Source: a virus
Lineage: Duplodnaviria > Caudoviricetes
Reading direction: 5' to 3' (one strand)
IMG/VR virus record: IMGVR_UViG_2576861548_000003
Location: 1 to 64,000 of that record
DNA: 64,000 nt
Positions 48,715 through 59,009 of this stretch are shown here, one piece after another. A model generated the notes under the pieces. The model saw nothing but the letters and a program-made list of their open reading frames with translations. It made no database searches and was not told where the DNA came from. The first letter of the stretch is position 1. Every line of letters begins with the position of its first letter. A program made the translations under genes and the position numbers.

Positions 48715-49119
48715 ATGGACAATATTTTGAACTCAACAGTTGAAATGAGCCAAGCAGAACTTATTCTTCAGTTGGCCAAGACGAATGTGGAACAAGAGAA
48801 AAGGCTTAAAACTACAGAGCTAAGATTAAGCGCACTCGAAGAGGAAATAAAAAAGTTGTCTTCAAAGTGCATTGGTAACTATGGGTGCTCCACCATGTCA
48901 TCATATATCCAGAGGTACAAATTACCGATTTATGTGAGTGACATTTCGAAGCTTAGTAATGATGCTGCACGATTATGCAGAAAAAGGGGGTATCCGGTCA
49001 ATAAGGTAAATATTGAACGTTTCGGTGCAATCAATGTTTATCCGGACTTCATTCTTCATGAACTACTGGATGACTATATAAGGACCACACAGCGTCTTAA
49101 TGGAAGTATAATAAGATAA
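48715..49119 (+). CDS. antirepressor-C-terminal-like protein
   Basis: Coiled coil followed by RFGAINVYP motif. Confidence 0.5.
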   Translation: MDNILNSTVEMSQAELILQLAKTNVEQEKRLKTTELRLSALEEEIKKLSSKCIGNYGCSTMSSYIQRYKLPIYVSDISKLSNDAARLCRKRGYPVNKVNIERFGAINVYPDFILHELLDDYIRTTQRLNGSIIR

Positions 49120-49138
49120 TAATACAAACTATAAAGCA

Positions 49139-49339
49139 ATGATTAAGGTAGAAATAAGCCAATACTTAGCAATGTTAAAGTCATTCACTGAATGCGCTCA
49201 ATACAGAGCGGAGTGTTACCGGTTAAAAGCTGAAAACGAAAAGCTAAGATCTGAACTGTCGGATAGTTTAAAAGATTCTCGGTCTCCCCGTAACAAAATC
49301 GAATACTTCGATTACGGTAGCCGGATAGGAACTAACTAA
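49139..49339 (+). CDS. small coiled-coil hypothetical protein
   Basis: 66-aa ORF. Confidence 0.5.
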   Translation: MIKVEISQYLAMLKSFTECAQYRAECYRLKAENEKLRSELSDSLKDSRSPRNKIEYFDYGSRIGTN

Positions 49340-49557
49340 ATATGAAAGTTGTGTTGGGGCTTCGGTCTGACACTTTAAGTTGATGCCAATCGACACAGTG
49401 ACAATCTGAAAAATGGTTGTCACTGTTTTACCGATTTTAGTGGTTCTAAGTGAATCATGTAATTTGAAATAATAACTATTATCCTTAATTATCAATATGA
49501 TATGAAGGTAAAATAGTACATAAAACAATTTTATTAACAACATAAATAATTAGTATT

Positions 49558-49752
49558 ATGAAACAAGAATCAAGCGCAATCAATCCGTATAACGGAATGT
49601 TTGGACAGCAAGGATGGATTTGTCCGAAGTGTGGAAGGGTATATTCACCTTTTACCCAAATGTGTTTGTATTGCAAACCCAATAATACAAATACAATTTC
49701 TAATACAACCGTCAGTGAAGAAAAATTAAGAGAAAACCGTAAAACAGAGTAA
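49558..49752 (+). CDS. small zinc-finger protein
   Basis: GWICPKCGRVYSP..CLYC. Confidence 0.65.
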   Translation: MKQESSAINPYNGMFGQQGWICPKCGRVYSPFTQMCLYCKPNNTNTISNTTVSEEKLRENRKTE

Positions 49753-49753
49753 T

Positions 49754-50116
49754 ATGAAACAGACATTAGAAGAAGCCGAGAAAGAATATTGCGAAAAGAA
49801 TTATCCGTATTCAGATTTGAATATAAGGTTGCTGGTGGAAAATGCGTTTGAAGCTGGTGCTGAATGGCAATCAAATCAATCACCTTGGATAAGTGTGAAA
49901 GAGAAGGCTGGTTGCGATTCATCGAATGATTGTATTGTAATGGATAGTGATGGTGAGGTATTTAGAGCATGTTTCATCAGAAACAAGTGGCTGAAATATA
50001 ATCGCGGGTATTATGTGATAGACAATGTGACTCACTGGATGCCTATCCCTTCATTCGATGAAATACTGGAAGCTAATAGGGATGTATTAGAACGGATTAA
50101 AGAGAAAGGAGATTAA
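49754..50116 (+). CDS. DUF551-like protein, copy A
   Basis: PWISVKE..VTHWMPIP. Confidence 0.75.
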   Translation: MKQTLEEAEKEYCEKNYPYSDLNIRLLVENAFEAGAEWQSNQSPWISVKEKAGCDSSNDCIVMDSDGEVFRACFIRNKWLKYNRGYYVIDNVTHWMPIPSFDEILEANRDVLERIKEKGD

Positions 50117-50118
50117 AT

Positions 50119-50487
50119 ATGAAAGCAAGAGTAAAATCAACAGGGGTTCTAATAGATGTAATTCCGAAAATAAATACCAATGCGTTACATAGTGGAGATA
50201 ACCTATATGTATGTGATAATATGGTATTCAGAGAGTGTGAACTTGACTTTTTAAATATTGGAAATTCAGCTATTGATTGGGAACAGAGGCGCTACGAATT
50301 GGCGAAAGCTGCTATGCAAGGGATTTTAAGTGACAATACAGAAGTTGGTTACGCTTGTTCGGAAGCAGATTACAAGAAAGGAGAGAAACATACAATACCT
50401 ATAAGCATTGCTCGGTTTGCAATTGCTTGTGCTGATGCTTTAATTAATGAATTAATGAATAAAAATGATAGAAGTATTAAGGAATAA
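50119..50487 (+). CDS. hypothetical phage protein
   Basis: IDWEQRRYELAKAAMQG..ADALI. Confidence 0.65.
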   Translation: MKARVKSTGVLIDVIPKINTNALHSGDNLYVCDNMVFRECELDFLNIGNSAIDWEQRRYELAKAAMQGILSDNTEVGYACSEADYKKGEKHTIPISIARFAIACADALINELMNKNDRSIKE

Positions 50488-50815
50488 AACTCCTGTCGCT
50501 CGTAAAGAGCATAGATGTGAATTTTGTGGTGAGGTGATACACGTTGGAGAAAAGTATAACAGGCAGTCCAATGTTTATGATGGTCGTATTTATGATTGGG
50601 TAAGTCATTGTGTATGCTCCAAGTTAGCCTATGAACTTGACATGTTTGATGATTGTGATGAAGGTCTTGACGGTGATGGGTTTGTTGACAGATTGAATCA
50701 GTATGTTTATGACAATCATTATGATGATAAAATAGATGATATTGCGAAAGATTGGCAATTACCACGCTACGAACTTGTAAAGAAAGTATTAGATGAATTA
50801 AAAAAGGAGGAATAA
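50465..50815 (+). CDS. zinc-binding hypothetical protein
   Basis: ARKEHRCEFC..HCVC. Confidence 0.65.
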   Translation: MIEVLRNKTPVARKEHRCEFCGEVIHVGEKYNRQSNVYDGRIYDWVSHCVCSKLAYELDMFDDCDEGLDGDGFVDRLNQYVYDNHYDDKIDDIAKDWQLPRYELVKKVLDELKKEE

Positions 50816-50817
50816 CC

Positions 50818-51192
50818 ATGACCGAAGAACTTGTAACGCTTGAAATAGCAAAGCTTCTAAAAGAAAAAGGTTTTAATGAATACTGCGAGAATGTTATTGA
50901 TGATAACGGTGTATTGCGCAAAACTTTATACCGAACAAATAACTATTTGCCTAAAGTGTGTTATTCTCGACCTACCCAAACTATTGTGGCTAAATGGTTA
51001 AGAGAGACAAAGAATGTTCATATATGTATTTATAATAATGCTTGCGGCTATGGATATGAAATATCTAAAGCAGATAATGGCACACACATATCTAATGACT
51101 TAAAAGATGGTCCTAACAATGGAGGAGTTTGGGATACATATGAAGAAGCATTGGAAGCAGGTATTAAAGAGGCACTAAGTCTTTTGTCTTAA
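50818..51192 (+). CDS. hypothetical phage protein
   Basis: VTLEIAKLLKEKGF..KWLRE..TYEEALEAGI. Confidence 0.65.
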   Translation: MTEELVTLEIAKLLKEKGFNEYCENVIDDNGVLRKTLYRTNNYLPKVCYSRPTQTIVAKWLRETKNVHICIYNNACGYGYEISKADNGTHISNDLKDGPNNGGVWDTYEEALEAGIKEALSLLS

Positions 51193-51291
51193 TTATTATT
51201 ACGTGCTTTATTTTGATGAAGAGCTTAAAAAGTTATTTGAAAAATATCTAATTTAATTTAAATCATATATGATAAGAAAGGAGGACTAACT

Positions 51292-51684
51292 ATGGGATTT
51301 ACAACACCCTGTTTTATACGAAAGAATAATTCGGAGCTTAGGAATAAATTAAAAGAGCTTGGTTATTATTGCAATCCGTATTTAGGTTGGAATAATCTAT
51401 ACACTTCCACATACGGACTTGCTTCTGTTTATTCAATGAGCGATGATATAAATGTTATCTCTAAAGAAATGGATATTATTGATTGCGGAACCAATGAGGA
51501 ACTTTTCCTGGCTATAGTAGCATTGAGGGACGATACAGACAAGAACCAGTGGTTTACGGATGGTTACTTATGGTTTAAATGTGGTGATGAAATGTGTGAT
51601 GAAACTATTGAATACTATCTTAATAAATACGGTAGAAAATTTCACAAGGCTACGGTAGAAGAACTTATTAATCATTTCAAATAA
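51292..51684 (+). CDS. hypothetical phage protein
   Basis: IDCGTNEELFLA..HKATVEELI. Confidence 0.65.
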   Translation: MGFTTPCFIRKNNSELRNKLKELGYYCNPYLGWNNLYTSTYGLASVYSMSDDINVISKEMDIIDCGTNEELFLAIVALRDDTDKNQWFTDGYLWFKCGDEMCDETIEYYLNKYGRKFHKATVEELINHFK

Positions 51685-51698
51685 AAGGAAGAAAATTT

Positions 51699-52451
51699 AT
51701 GCCGATAAGCGAAGTATGCAATATAGACCGAATGGATTTCTTAAAGAAATTCCCAGATAACTTCTTTGACTTGTTCATAGATGATCCACCATACGGAATT
51801 GGAGCGGATAATCCTTCGATCAAGCCCAATACTGTAAAACAAAGTAATGGTAATATACTGTATGTTAAACAATCCGTTTATCCGAAATCAGACTGGGATT
51901 CACGAGTTCCCCCTCCAGAATATTTCGATGAAGTAAAAAGGGTTAGCCGAAATCAGATAATATGGGGAGTAAACTACTTTAATTACGACTTTACTGGTGG
52001 ACGCATTGTTTGGGATAAGCTAAATGGTGATACTGACCAATACGATTGTGAAATAGCTTACTGCAGTATGAATGACAGAACCGACCTTATATATTGCATG
52101 TGGCGGGGAATGATTCAGGGAACCTATTGTGGAAAGGATTTATCTAAGGCAATTATCCAGCAAGGAAACAAAAAATTGAATGAAAAGCGGATTCATCCCT
52201 GCCAAAAGCCTGTGATTCTATATGGGTGGTTACTCAATCAATATGCCAACCCCGGTTATAAGATCGGTGATGCTCACATGGGTAGTCAAAGTAGCCGGAT
52301 TGCAGCTTACAAGCTAGGATTCGACTATTGGGGATGTGAAAAAGATAAGTTTCATTTCAAAGAAGGTAATTCTCGTTTCCGCTATGAATGCCACGGAGAA
52401 ATAAAAACAAATAAAGGGATTTTAGTGCAAACAAATCTATTTGACTTATAA
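51699..52451 (+). CDS. orphan DNA methyltransferase (N4C/N6A)
   Basis: DDPPYG, HPCQKP, DAHMGSQSS. Confidence 0.88.
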   Translation: MPISEVCNIDRMDFLKKFPDNFFDLFIDDPPYGIGADNPSIKPNTVKQSNGNILYVKQSVYPKSDWDSRVPPPEYFDEVKRVSRNQIIWGVNYFNYDFTGGRIVWDKLNGDTDQYDCEIAYCSMNDRTDLIYCMWRGMIQGTYCGKDLSKAIIQQGNKKLNEKRIHPCQKPVILYGWLLNQYANPGYKIGDAHMGSQSSRIAAYKLGFDYWGCEKDKFHFKEGNSRFRYECHGEIKTNKGILVQTNLFDL

Positions 52452-52464
52452 TATTAATATAACA

Positions 52465-53013
52465 ATGAAGAAAATTGAATTTTACCCAGGAATCAATCTT
52501 GATAAAGCATATCAAGAATTGCAGGAGAATGCACCATGTTATGGTGAATTTAACGAGAAAACGTTGTATTCTACCGATTCTCTCAATGACGTGTATGTCA
52601 AAGTGACCGGCAAGTCAAAAGTGGAGCATGATGAATATATTCGCAAAATACGCGAAGAGTACGAACGTAAAGAGGCGGAATTTAAGGCTAAGATCCCGAA
52701 ATTAACCGCAGATTACAGAAAACGTGCAAGGGGAATTATTCCGGAAGAACATTTAAAATACTGGGATAAAATAGTTCCTATCAGACTGAATGACTTATAT
52801 CATGGTATGGAACTTGACTGCTGGTTGACGTTTATTGAGATTTTGAATGATACATCAAAGGAAGTGTTGGAAAGATTTGAAAGATGTCGGTTTATCTTCT
52901 GTGAACAAGGTCACAGTGGCATGAGTTCAGGACTTGTCTTTATGGGGTTGAAGCGTTTTCATCCATTAGGGGAAGCGTTAGTATCATATATTAAAGATTC
53001 AATAAAAGCATAG
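52465..53013 (+). CDS. hypothetical phage protein
   Basis: DLYHGMEL, QGHSGMS motifs. Confidence 0.65.
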   Translation: MKKIEFYPGINLDKAYQELQENAPCYGEFNEKTLYSTDSLNDVYVKVTGKSKVEHDEYIRKIREEYERKEAEFKAKIPKLTADYRKRARGIIPEEHLKYWDKIVPIRLNDLYHGMELDCWLTFIEILNDTSKEVLERFERCRFIFCEQGHSGMSSGLVFMGLKRFHPLGEALVSYIKDSIKA

Positions 53014-53020
53014 TATTTGT

Positions 53021-53464
53021 ATGGAAATAAACTGTAAATACTGCCCTAAAAACGATGGTGCAGGGACGTGCAAAATAGATGACTGTCCTCTTCTTCCTAT
53101 TATACAGGAAATAGAAAAAATGCAGTCATTCCTTGAAACAACCGCTAGTGATAACCCAAAAGAACTGATAGAACGTCTTACTGACATAAATGTCTACTTG
53201 GCCCGTTCAGGAAAACTCTTAGCTGATGCAAAAGCATATCAGGATCAAGTGACTGCAAATATATATTCGCAGCACATGGAGTTTATATCGCGGGTTCCGG
53301 CTACTGTTGCAATAAAGTTTGTTGCAGCCCAAAGTGTGACTGCTAATCAGTTGGTTGTATGGCTAGATCGCATAAATCGAACACTTGTTCATGCTGGAGA
53401 TAATATACGTACGCAGATATCCTTTGCAAAGCAGGACATGGCATTGCAAAGAAAGGGATATTGA
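53021..53464 (+). CDS. hypothetical helical protein
   Basis: 147-aa operonic ORF. Confidence 0.6.
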   Translation: MEINCKYCPKNDGAGTCKIDDCPLLPIIQEIEKMQSFLETTASDNPKELIERLTDINVYLARSGKLLADAKAYQDQVTANIYSQHMEFISRVPATVAIKFVAAQSVTANQLVVWLDRINRTLVHAGDNIRTQISFAKQDMALQRKGY

Positions 53465-53544
53465 AAAAACGTTAATCACGGAAAAATAACTGATTTAAAG
53501 TGATTGTTTTTACGTCACTTTTGTTTAGCTTTACACCGTGAAAA

Positions 53545-53660
53545 TAATGAATCATCTTAGTGGTGTTTGATGACAAAAGGATATTAAATAGGCTTTCTTG
53601 GAGTATATACCCTAAACACCACATCAAGGGTATAGAAACTCGAAAGCCTTCGCTTTTTAT
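53545..53660 (+). promoter_or_regulatory. structured 5' leader of replication gene
   Basis: Long interrupted hairpin 53590-53649 whose loop AAACACCAC is complementary to GTGGTGTTT (53560-53568). Confidence 0.55.
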
Positions 53661-53724
53661 AGATGAATACAATAGGCATACATGGCAAATCCATTGGTTA
53701 ATTTCTAAAATACTAGATTTAATT

Positions 53725-54708
53725 ATGTCGAGACCTAATAAGACAGGTTTGAGTTATTTCCCAATGGATGTTGATTTATTCCAAGACATACGAATAAGGA
53801 AACTAATCAAGTATCAGAGTGGCAAGGCTATAACAGTATATGCTCTCCTGCTATGTCTTATCTACCAGCGTGGGTACTACATGAGGTGGGATGAAGAGTT
53901 GCCCTTCATTATATCGGAACAAACCGGGTTTGAAGAGGCGTATATACTGGAGGTCATCAGAAGCTGCATGACACTAGGGTTATTCTCCAAGAAACTGTAT
54001 GATGACGAACAAATCATTACGTCAAAAGGGATTCAAGAGCGATACCTGTATATATGTAAACTGCTCAAAAGAAGAGTGAGCATTACTGAATATTTGCTTA
54101 TTGATGAAGAAAAGGAGCTTGTTACTTCTCAAGAAACCGGGGTTATTTCCGGAAAAACCCCGGTTATTTCCGAAGAAACTGCTTTAAATTCGGTGAAAAT
54201 GCAACAAAAGAAAAGAAAGGAAAAGGAAATAAAAGAAATCTCTCTATTGAGAGATAAAGAAAAGTTTCCCCCTCCCGAGGTTGTAGACAAAACATTAAGC
54301 GAATGCTATGATGAACTATCATGTGACAGAAGTTGGATTGAAATCGTAACGATGAATACACGTAATTCCGGTCATAAGGATTTTACGATAGACATGTTCG
54401 GAATGTATTTAAAACGTTTTTTCGAGAAGCTCCAAAACGAGGGAGAGGTAAGAAAGTCTCCCAAGGATGCAAAATCGCATTTCTCCCGTTGGTTGAATAT
54501 TGAACTGAAAAAGAAAGGCAATTATGAACCAAAACCAATTACCAACAACATCTACGAGCAGAAGCGAATTGATTCTGAGCGGAGAAAATCTAAACTCATG
54601 GCTGAGTTCGCAGAAGCGGACGCAAAATTCCTTGCAGAACAAGAAGCTAAACGAAAAGCAGTTGGCTTTATTGGAGAAATATCCGACACCTTCCCGGATG
54701 GCGGTTGA
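53725..54708 (+). CDS. DUF4373-domain phage replication initiator
   Basis: MSRPNKTGLSYFPMDVD..TSKGIQERY; internal GGTTATTTCCG repeats 54140-54171. Confidence 0.8.
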   Translation: MSRPNKTGLSYFPMDVDLFQDIRIRKLIKYQSGKAITVYALLLCLIYQRGYYMRWDEELPFIISEQTGFEEAYILEVIRSCMTLGLFSKKLYDDEQIITSKGIQERYLYICKLLKRRVSITEYLLIDEEKELVTSQETGVISGKTPVISEETALNSVKMQQKKRKEKEIKEISLLRDKEKFPPPEVVDKTLSECYDELSCDRSWIEIVTMNTRNSGHKDFTIDMFGMYLKRFFEKLQNEGEVRKSPKDAKSHFSRWLNIELKKKGNYEPKPITNNIYEQKRIDSERRKSKLMAEFAEADAKFLAEQEAKRKAVGFIGEISDTFPDGG

Positions 54709-55264
54709 TTACAATCCTGACCTGCAAGGGAAACTTGCGAAGTCGAATCTTACACTTGCGGATATTGCAATGAATGACAACATACCTTCGTTGTCCATCA
54801 TCCGCTCCGTGTACGGTGAAGACAATGCACTTAGGTGGATGAAAGTGCAGTTTGACAGCCTAAACGATTATGCGGAGCAAGGGAAGGGTATAGCAGACTC
54901 ACAACTGGATGAACTTTGTATCCTTGTCCTGGGTGAGTATTATTGGATGAATTTAGCTGAAATATGCAACTTCATATCCAGGCTCAAGTTGGGAAAATAT
55001 GGGCCGTTTTATGGAGCCATTGGTCCAATGAAGATTACTTGTTCGCTCCTGGAGTATATCAAAGAGCGACGTATTGACATCGAACGTTATGAACGTGAGC
55101 AATACCGCATTCAGCGACAAAAAGAGATAGAGGAGCGTGGTAATAATAGCATATCATACGCAGAATATCTTGAGCAAGAAAAGAAGCTTGTCGAAAAGGG
55201 TGATAAGGATGCTATTGAAAGAGCTTCGAAGCGTATCGGAAGCACTTGTTTGTCAACAGGTTAA
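54524..55264 (+). CDS. replication-associated protein
   Basis: Overlaps initiator; EICNFISRLKLGKYGPFYG. Confidence 0.6.
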   Translation: MNQNQLPTTSTSRSELILSGENLNSWLSSQKRTQNSLQNKKLNEKQLALLEKYPTPSRMAVDYNPDLQGKLAKSNLTLADIAMNDNIPSLSIIRSVYGEDNALRWMKVQFDSLNDYAEQGKGIADSQLDELCILVLGEYYWMNLAEICNFISRLKLGKYGPFYGAIGPMKITCSLLEYIKERRIDIERYEREQYRIQRQKEIEERGNNSISYAEYLEQEKKLVEKGDKDAIERASKRIGSTCLSTG

Positions 55265-55636
55265 TTAAAGATAAAGCCTTGTGAATAAAACGAGTAATGT
55301 TTGTTTACAAGTGGAAAAATAAGTAACTTTATACCTGTAAATCAGAAATATATAAAATATAAGAGCAATGAAAACAATTAGAAAATTAACTGAAAGGGAA
55401 GTGGTACTCAACAGGCTCACACAACCTATTCTTATGCCTGTTATTTACTCACTAAATTACAAAGTTAGTAACCAAACAGATGATAATTCAAGGTTATCCA
55501 GTAATTTGTAACGGCATTCATAATGCCGAAAGGCATCTTAAGCCTATGTGCAAACAATGCCTGTTGTATACCAAAGTAAAGCAGCCATCGAGAAGTTCAT
55601 GGCGCATAAGTGGAATTGAAAAATGTATCATAAATC

Positions 55637-56029
55637 ATGTTAGTAGGAACAACAAATCTTAATACGACGCTCAACCTAACCTACGTGTTGACTGACGTCG
55701 TGGAAACGCTTCTCTACGATTTGAGGAGTGAAATGGGAAAACAAGGCTATGAATTGCGTCATGATGCAAAACGCAACTTCAACACTGCGATAGCAGCAAT
55801 TCGTAAATTGAAACTTGATGTTGACAAAACGCAATTATCCACACAGGAAAACTTCGGGAATGACTCCGATTGTCTTCTTGCCTTCATTAAGCTGTTAATA
55901 GATCGCTGCGGTGATGATGACAAGAAGATGTTTGAGTTCTATAATTATATCAAACGGTATCCGTCGCAACTCGGCTTGGAGCTGTCTGATGAAAAGTGTG
56001 TGTTTGCGCATGTTTTTGAGAATAAGTAA
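55637..56029 (+). CDS. hypothetical phage protein
   Basis: 130-aa ORF. Confidence 0.6.
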   Translation: MLVGTTNLNTTLNLTYVLTDVVETLLYDLRSEMGKQGYELRHDAKRNFNTAIAAIRKLKLDVDKTQLSTQENFGNDSDCLLAFIKLLIDRCGDDDKKMFEFYNYIKRYPSQLGLELSDEKCVFAHVFENK

Positions 56030-56217
56030 CCATTAAAACTTAGTAAAATGGACCCAAGAATACTTCTTCGTTTGGCTGCAATGTTTGTCTTTATTGCTTC
56101 GATTGTGGTTAACTTTCGAGACAGGGACGATTCAACCCTGATGTCCTTTTTATTAAATATTATTGGGTGGTTGATATTGATTTATAGTAAATTATAAACG
56201 TTTAAAACCAATAAGTA

Positions 56218-56526
56218 ATGAACAAAAATATAATCATAAAGAAAGAGAAGCCTATCTGTCAGTTAGATGGGCTTCCGGGAGTAAAAAGACGTAAGGTTGA
56301 TGCGTATAGTATCAATAATACAAGTGACATTGAATCAACCATCGAACTGGGATATGCGTGTACTTCTGCCGGAGATAATGGAGCTATAAATGTTTGGAAG
56401 GATGATGCAGGAATTATTCGCGGTGAATTAATGCGGTACTGTGTAACTGTTGAAAAAAGAACGTTTACCAGCTATGCAGAAGTGGAAAAATGCGTTAGTG
56501 ATTGGCTTGAAAGGATTAACCCATAA
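56218..56526 (+). CDS. hypothetical protein
   Basis: 102-aa ORF. Confidence 0.55.
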   Translation: MNKNIIIKKEKPICQLDGLPGVKRRKVDAYSINNTSDIESTIELGYACTSAGDNGAINVWKDDAGIIRGELMRYCVTVEKRTFTSYAEVEKCVSDWLERINP

Positions 56527-56537
56527 CCTTTATTGTA

Positions 56538-57071
56538 ATGAACACAGAAAGAACTTTATATGAAATTGAAGTAGCTCTATCTAAAAGTGATGCTTTCAAC
56601 TTTGTACGAAATATCATAGCTTTTAATGTAAATGGTATGAGTGATAGTTTAAGTATCTGGCACGAATGCGATATGCTCGTCTTATCAAAGTCCGGTTATC
56701 TCACAGAGATTGAAATTAAGCGTAGTTGGGCTGATTTTCTTGCTGATTTCAAGAAAAGGCATACTCACGAAGGAAGAGGCATTATCAAGTATTTCTATTA
56801 CTGTGTTCCAGAATGCTTGCTTAAACAAGTTTACGATAAACTGGATGAACTAAAGGCTGACTATACAGGGATAATAACATACGATGAAGATTTAAAAATA
56901 ACACTCCACGGACATCGATGGATTACTCACGATGGAAATTATTCGTATCACTTCACCGAACAACACCCATATCGTAAGTTATTTCTTGAAGAACAGCTAC
57001 AAGTCGCTCGGTTCGGCGCAATGCGAGCAATTAAATTAAAGGAAAAGTTAATTAATAGCCATTTGGCGTAA
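56538..57071 (+). CDS. PD-(D/E)xK nuclease-like protein (MmcB-like)
   Basis: ECDMLVL..EIEIKRSWADFLAD..FYYCVP. Confidence 0.7.
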   Translation: MNTERTLYEIEVALSKSDAFNFVRNIIAFNVNGMSDSLSIWHECDMLVLSKSGYLTEIEIKRSWADFLADFKKRHTHEGRGIIKYFYYCVPECLLKQVYDKLDELKADYTGIITYDEDLKITLHGHRWITHDGNYSYHFTEQHPYRKLFLEEQLQVARFGAMRAIKLKEKLINSHLA

Positions 57072-57258
57072 AACAGTGTAGAAATGATTCAAATTAAGAT
57101 TCGTGAGTTAATTATCTTCATTATAATCATTGCGCTATTTTCCTCTTTATTAATTAATTGTTCTCAGCATTCTTTGATAAAAGCGTTAGAACATTCAATA
57201 GAGCAAAGAGATAGCCTACTGAATGAAAGTTTTAAATTGAAATACTAATAATAAACAA

Positions 57259-58173
57259 ATGAACATTGGATTAATCGACGTGGATGGTCATAACTTCCCT
57301 AACTTTGCTCTTATGCGTACGTCTGCCTACCATAAAGATAGAGGTGATCAAGTAGAATGGGCTGCTCCTTTTAGCAAATACGATAAAGTAATTGCAAGCA
57401 AGATATTTACCTTCACTCCTGATTTTAATTACTTGACTTTGGAAGCTGGCATAATAGAGAAAGGAGGGACTGGCTATAATATAAAAAAACAATTACCATG
57501 TGAAATTGAAAGTAGCAAATCTATGGATTATTCGATCTATCCTCAATACAAGTTTTCAATTCAATTTTTTAGTCGAGGCTGCATCCGTAAATGTCCTTTC
57601 TGCCTTGTCCGTGAAAAAGAGGGGTATATTCATCCAGTGGAACCTGTTGATTTGAACCCTAAAGGAGACTGGGTTGAGGTACTGGACAATAATTTTTTTG
57701 CTAATCCGGAATGGAAAGATTCGGTTGATTATCTTCTCAAAGTGAAACAGCCCGTAAAGCTTCATGGTGTAGATGTTAGAATTATGGATGAAGAGCAGGC
57801 TTATTATCTGAATAAGCTGAAAATGAAACAGAATATTCATATCGCTTGGGATTTACCGCAGATTGATCTAACGGATAGACTAAAAGAAATGATTAAGTAC
57901 GTGAAGCCTTACAAAATAACCTGCTATGTGCTGGTAGGATTCAACTCTACTATTGAGCAGGATTTGTTTCGGCTTAATACACTAAAGAGCTTGGGTATTA
58001 CTCCTTTTGTTCAACCTTATAGGGATTTTGTGAACAAAAGAAAACCTAAGCAATATGAGTTAGATCTTGCGAGGTGGGCGAATAGAATGTGGTTGTTTAA
58101 GTCGCTTGATTTTGCAGACTTTTCACCACTCAAAGGATTTAAGTGTGATTATTATTTAAAGCAATTAGCGTAA
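57259..58173 (+). CDS. radical SAM protein
   Basis: SRGCIRKCPFC CxxxCxxC motif; PNFALM, GGTG, DNNF. Confidence 0.85.
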   Translation: MNIGLIDVDGHNFPNFALMRTSAYHKDRGDQVEWAAPFSKYDKVIASKIFTFTPDFNYLTLEAGIIEKGGTGYNIKKQLPCEIESSKSMDYSIYPQYKFSIQFFSRGCIRKCPFCLVREKEGYIHPVEPVDLNPKGDWVEVLDNNFFANPEWKDSVDYLLKVKQPVKLHGVDVRIMDEEQAYYLNKLKMKQNIHIAWDLPQIDLTDRLKEMIKYVKPYKITCYVLVGFNSTIEQDLFRLNTLKSLGITPFVQPYRDFVNKRKPKQYELDLARWANRMWLFKSLDFADFSPLKGFKCDYYLKQLA

Positions 58174-58186
58174 AACAAAATTAGAA

Positions 58187-58624
58187 ATGAAGATAATAGC
58201 CAAACAAGATTCAGAGGGTGAGATACTGAAACAACAGAACGAACTTCTTCTGGGAGATTATGAAAGAGCGGTTGCATCCGATTGCTTTCAAGGTACGCTT
58301 GAAGAATTTAAAGAATTTCGGGAAGTTGGCTGCTGGGGAATTACCAGCATGAATCGGGACGATTTTTCAGGCTTTTCCCCAATCCCTAATGAGTTAGGAT
58401 GTGGTGTTAACGGCGCTTTAGGTCCTCTGGGTACAAACTCCGGCTCTGCCTTTATTCTTGTTCCCTCGGAGTGCAAGTATTGCAAGGTGCGTTCTTTCCC
58501 TACTCTTGAGCAAGCGGAATGCTTTGTTTCAGAGAATCCCAGAATGACTGATGTCGAAATTATCACAGAATGTGAATTTGTAAAAGCATGGAATGATAGG
58601 TTTTATCCGTTGAACCGATTATAA
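58187..58624 (+). CDS. hypothetical protein
   Basis: 145-aa ORF. Confidence 0.5.
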   Translation: MKIIAKQDSEGEILKQQNELLLGDYERAVASDCFQGTLEEFKEFREVGCWGITSMNRDDFSGFSPIPNELGCGVNGALGPLGTNSGSAFILVPSECKYCKVRSFPTLEQAECFVSENPRMTDVEIITECEFVKAWNDRFYPLNRL

Positions 58625-59009
58625 ATACTCAAGTAGTTATGATAGAAATATTAGAATTTATCTTTCAGAGTTTCTGGCATTGGATAGGTACCGTAATACT
58701 TATAGCTGCCATTCCTGTGCCATTTGGGAGCACTCGAACCCTGTTACGTATAAAAGGGAAAAGACATGAAAAAAGTAAAACTGATAAGACATGAAGGAAC
58801 CACATACAGGCATTGGGATATGCCATTGCCGCCAATGTCGAATGGATAAGAAGCATTGCAGTTCTAAAAAAAGAAAGTTTGAGAAACGGGCTATAAATAA
58901 GTTCCGTCGGAAACAATTGAAATTAGATGAAATAATAAAATGCAATCGTTTCGGAAAATATTGGGCTTGATTCCATTAGTTCCGATTTAAAAAAAGAAAG
59001 GATATAATT

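Noticed and set aside
53560-53724. N-terminal extension of the 382-aa ORF
   Set aside because: Starts at GTG within a structured leader; the family-typical N-terminus (MSRPNKTGLSYFP) begins at 53725.
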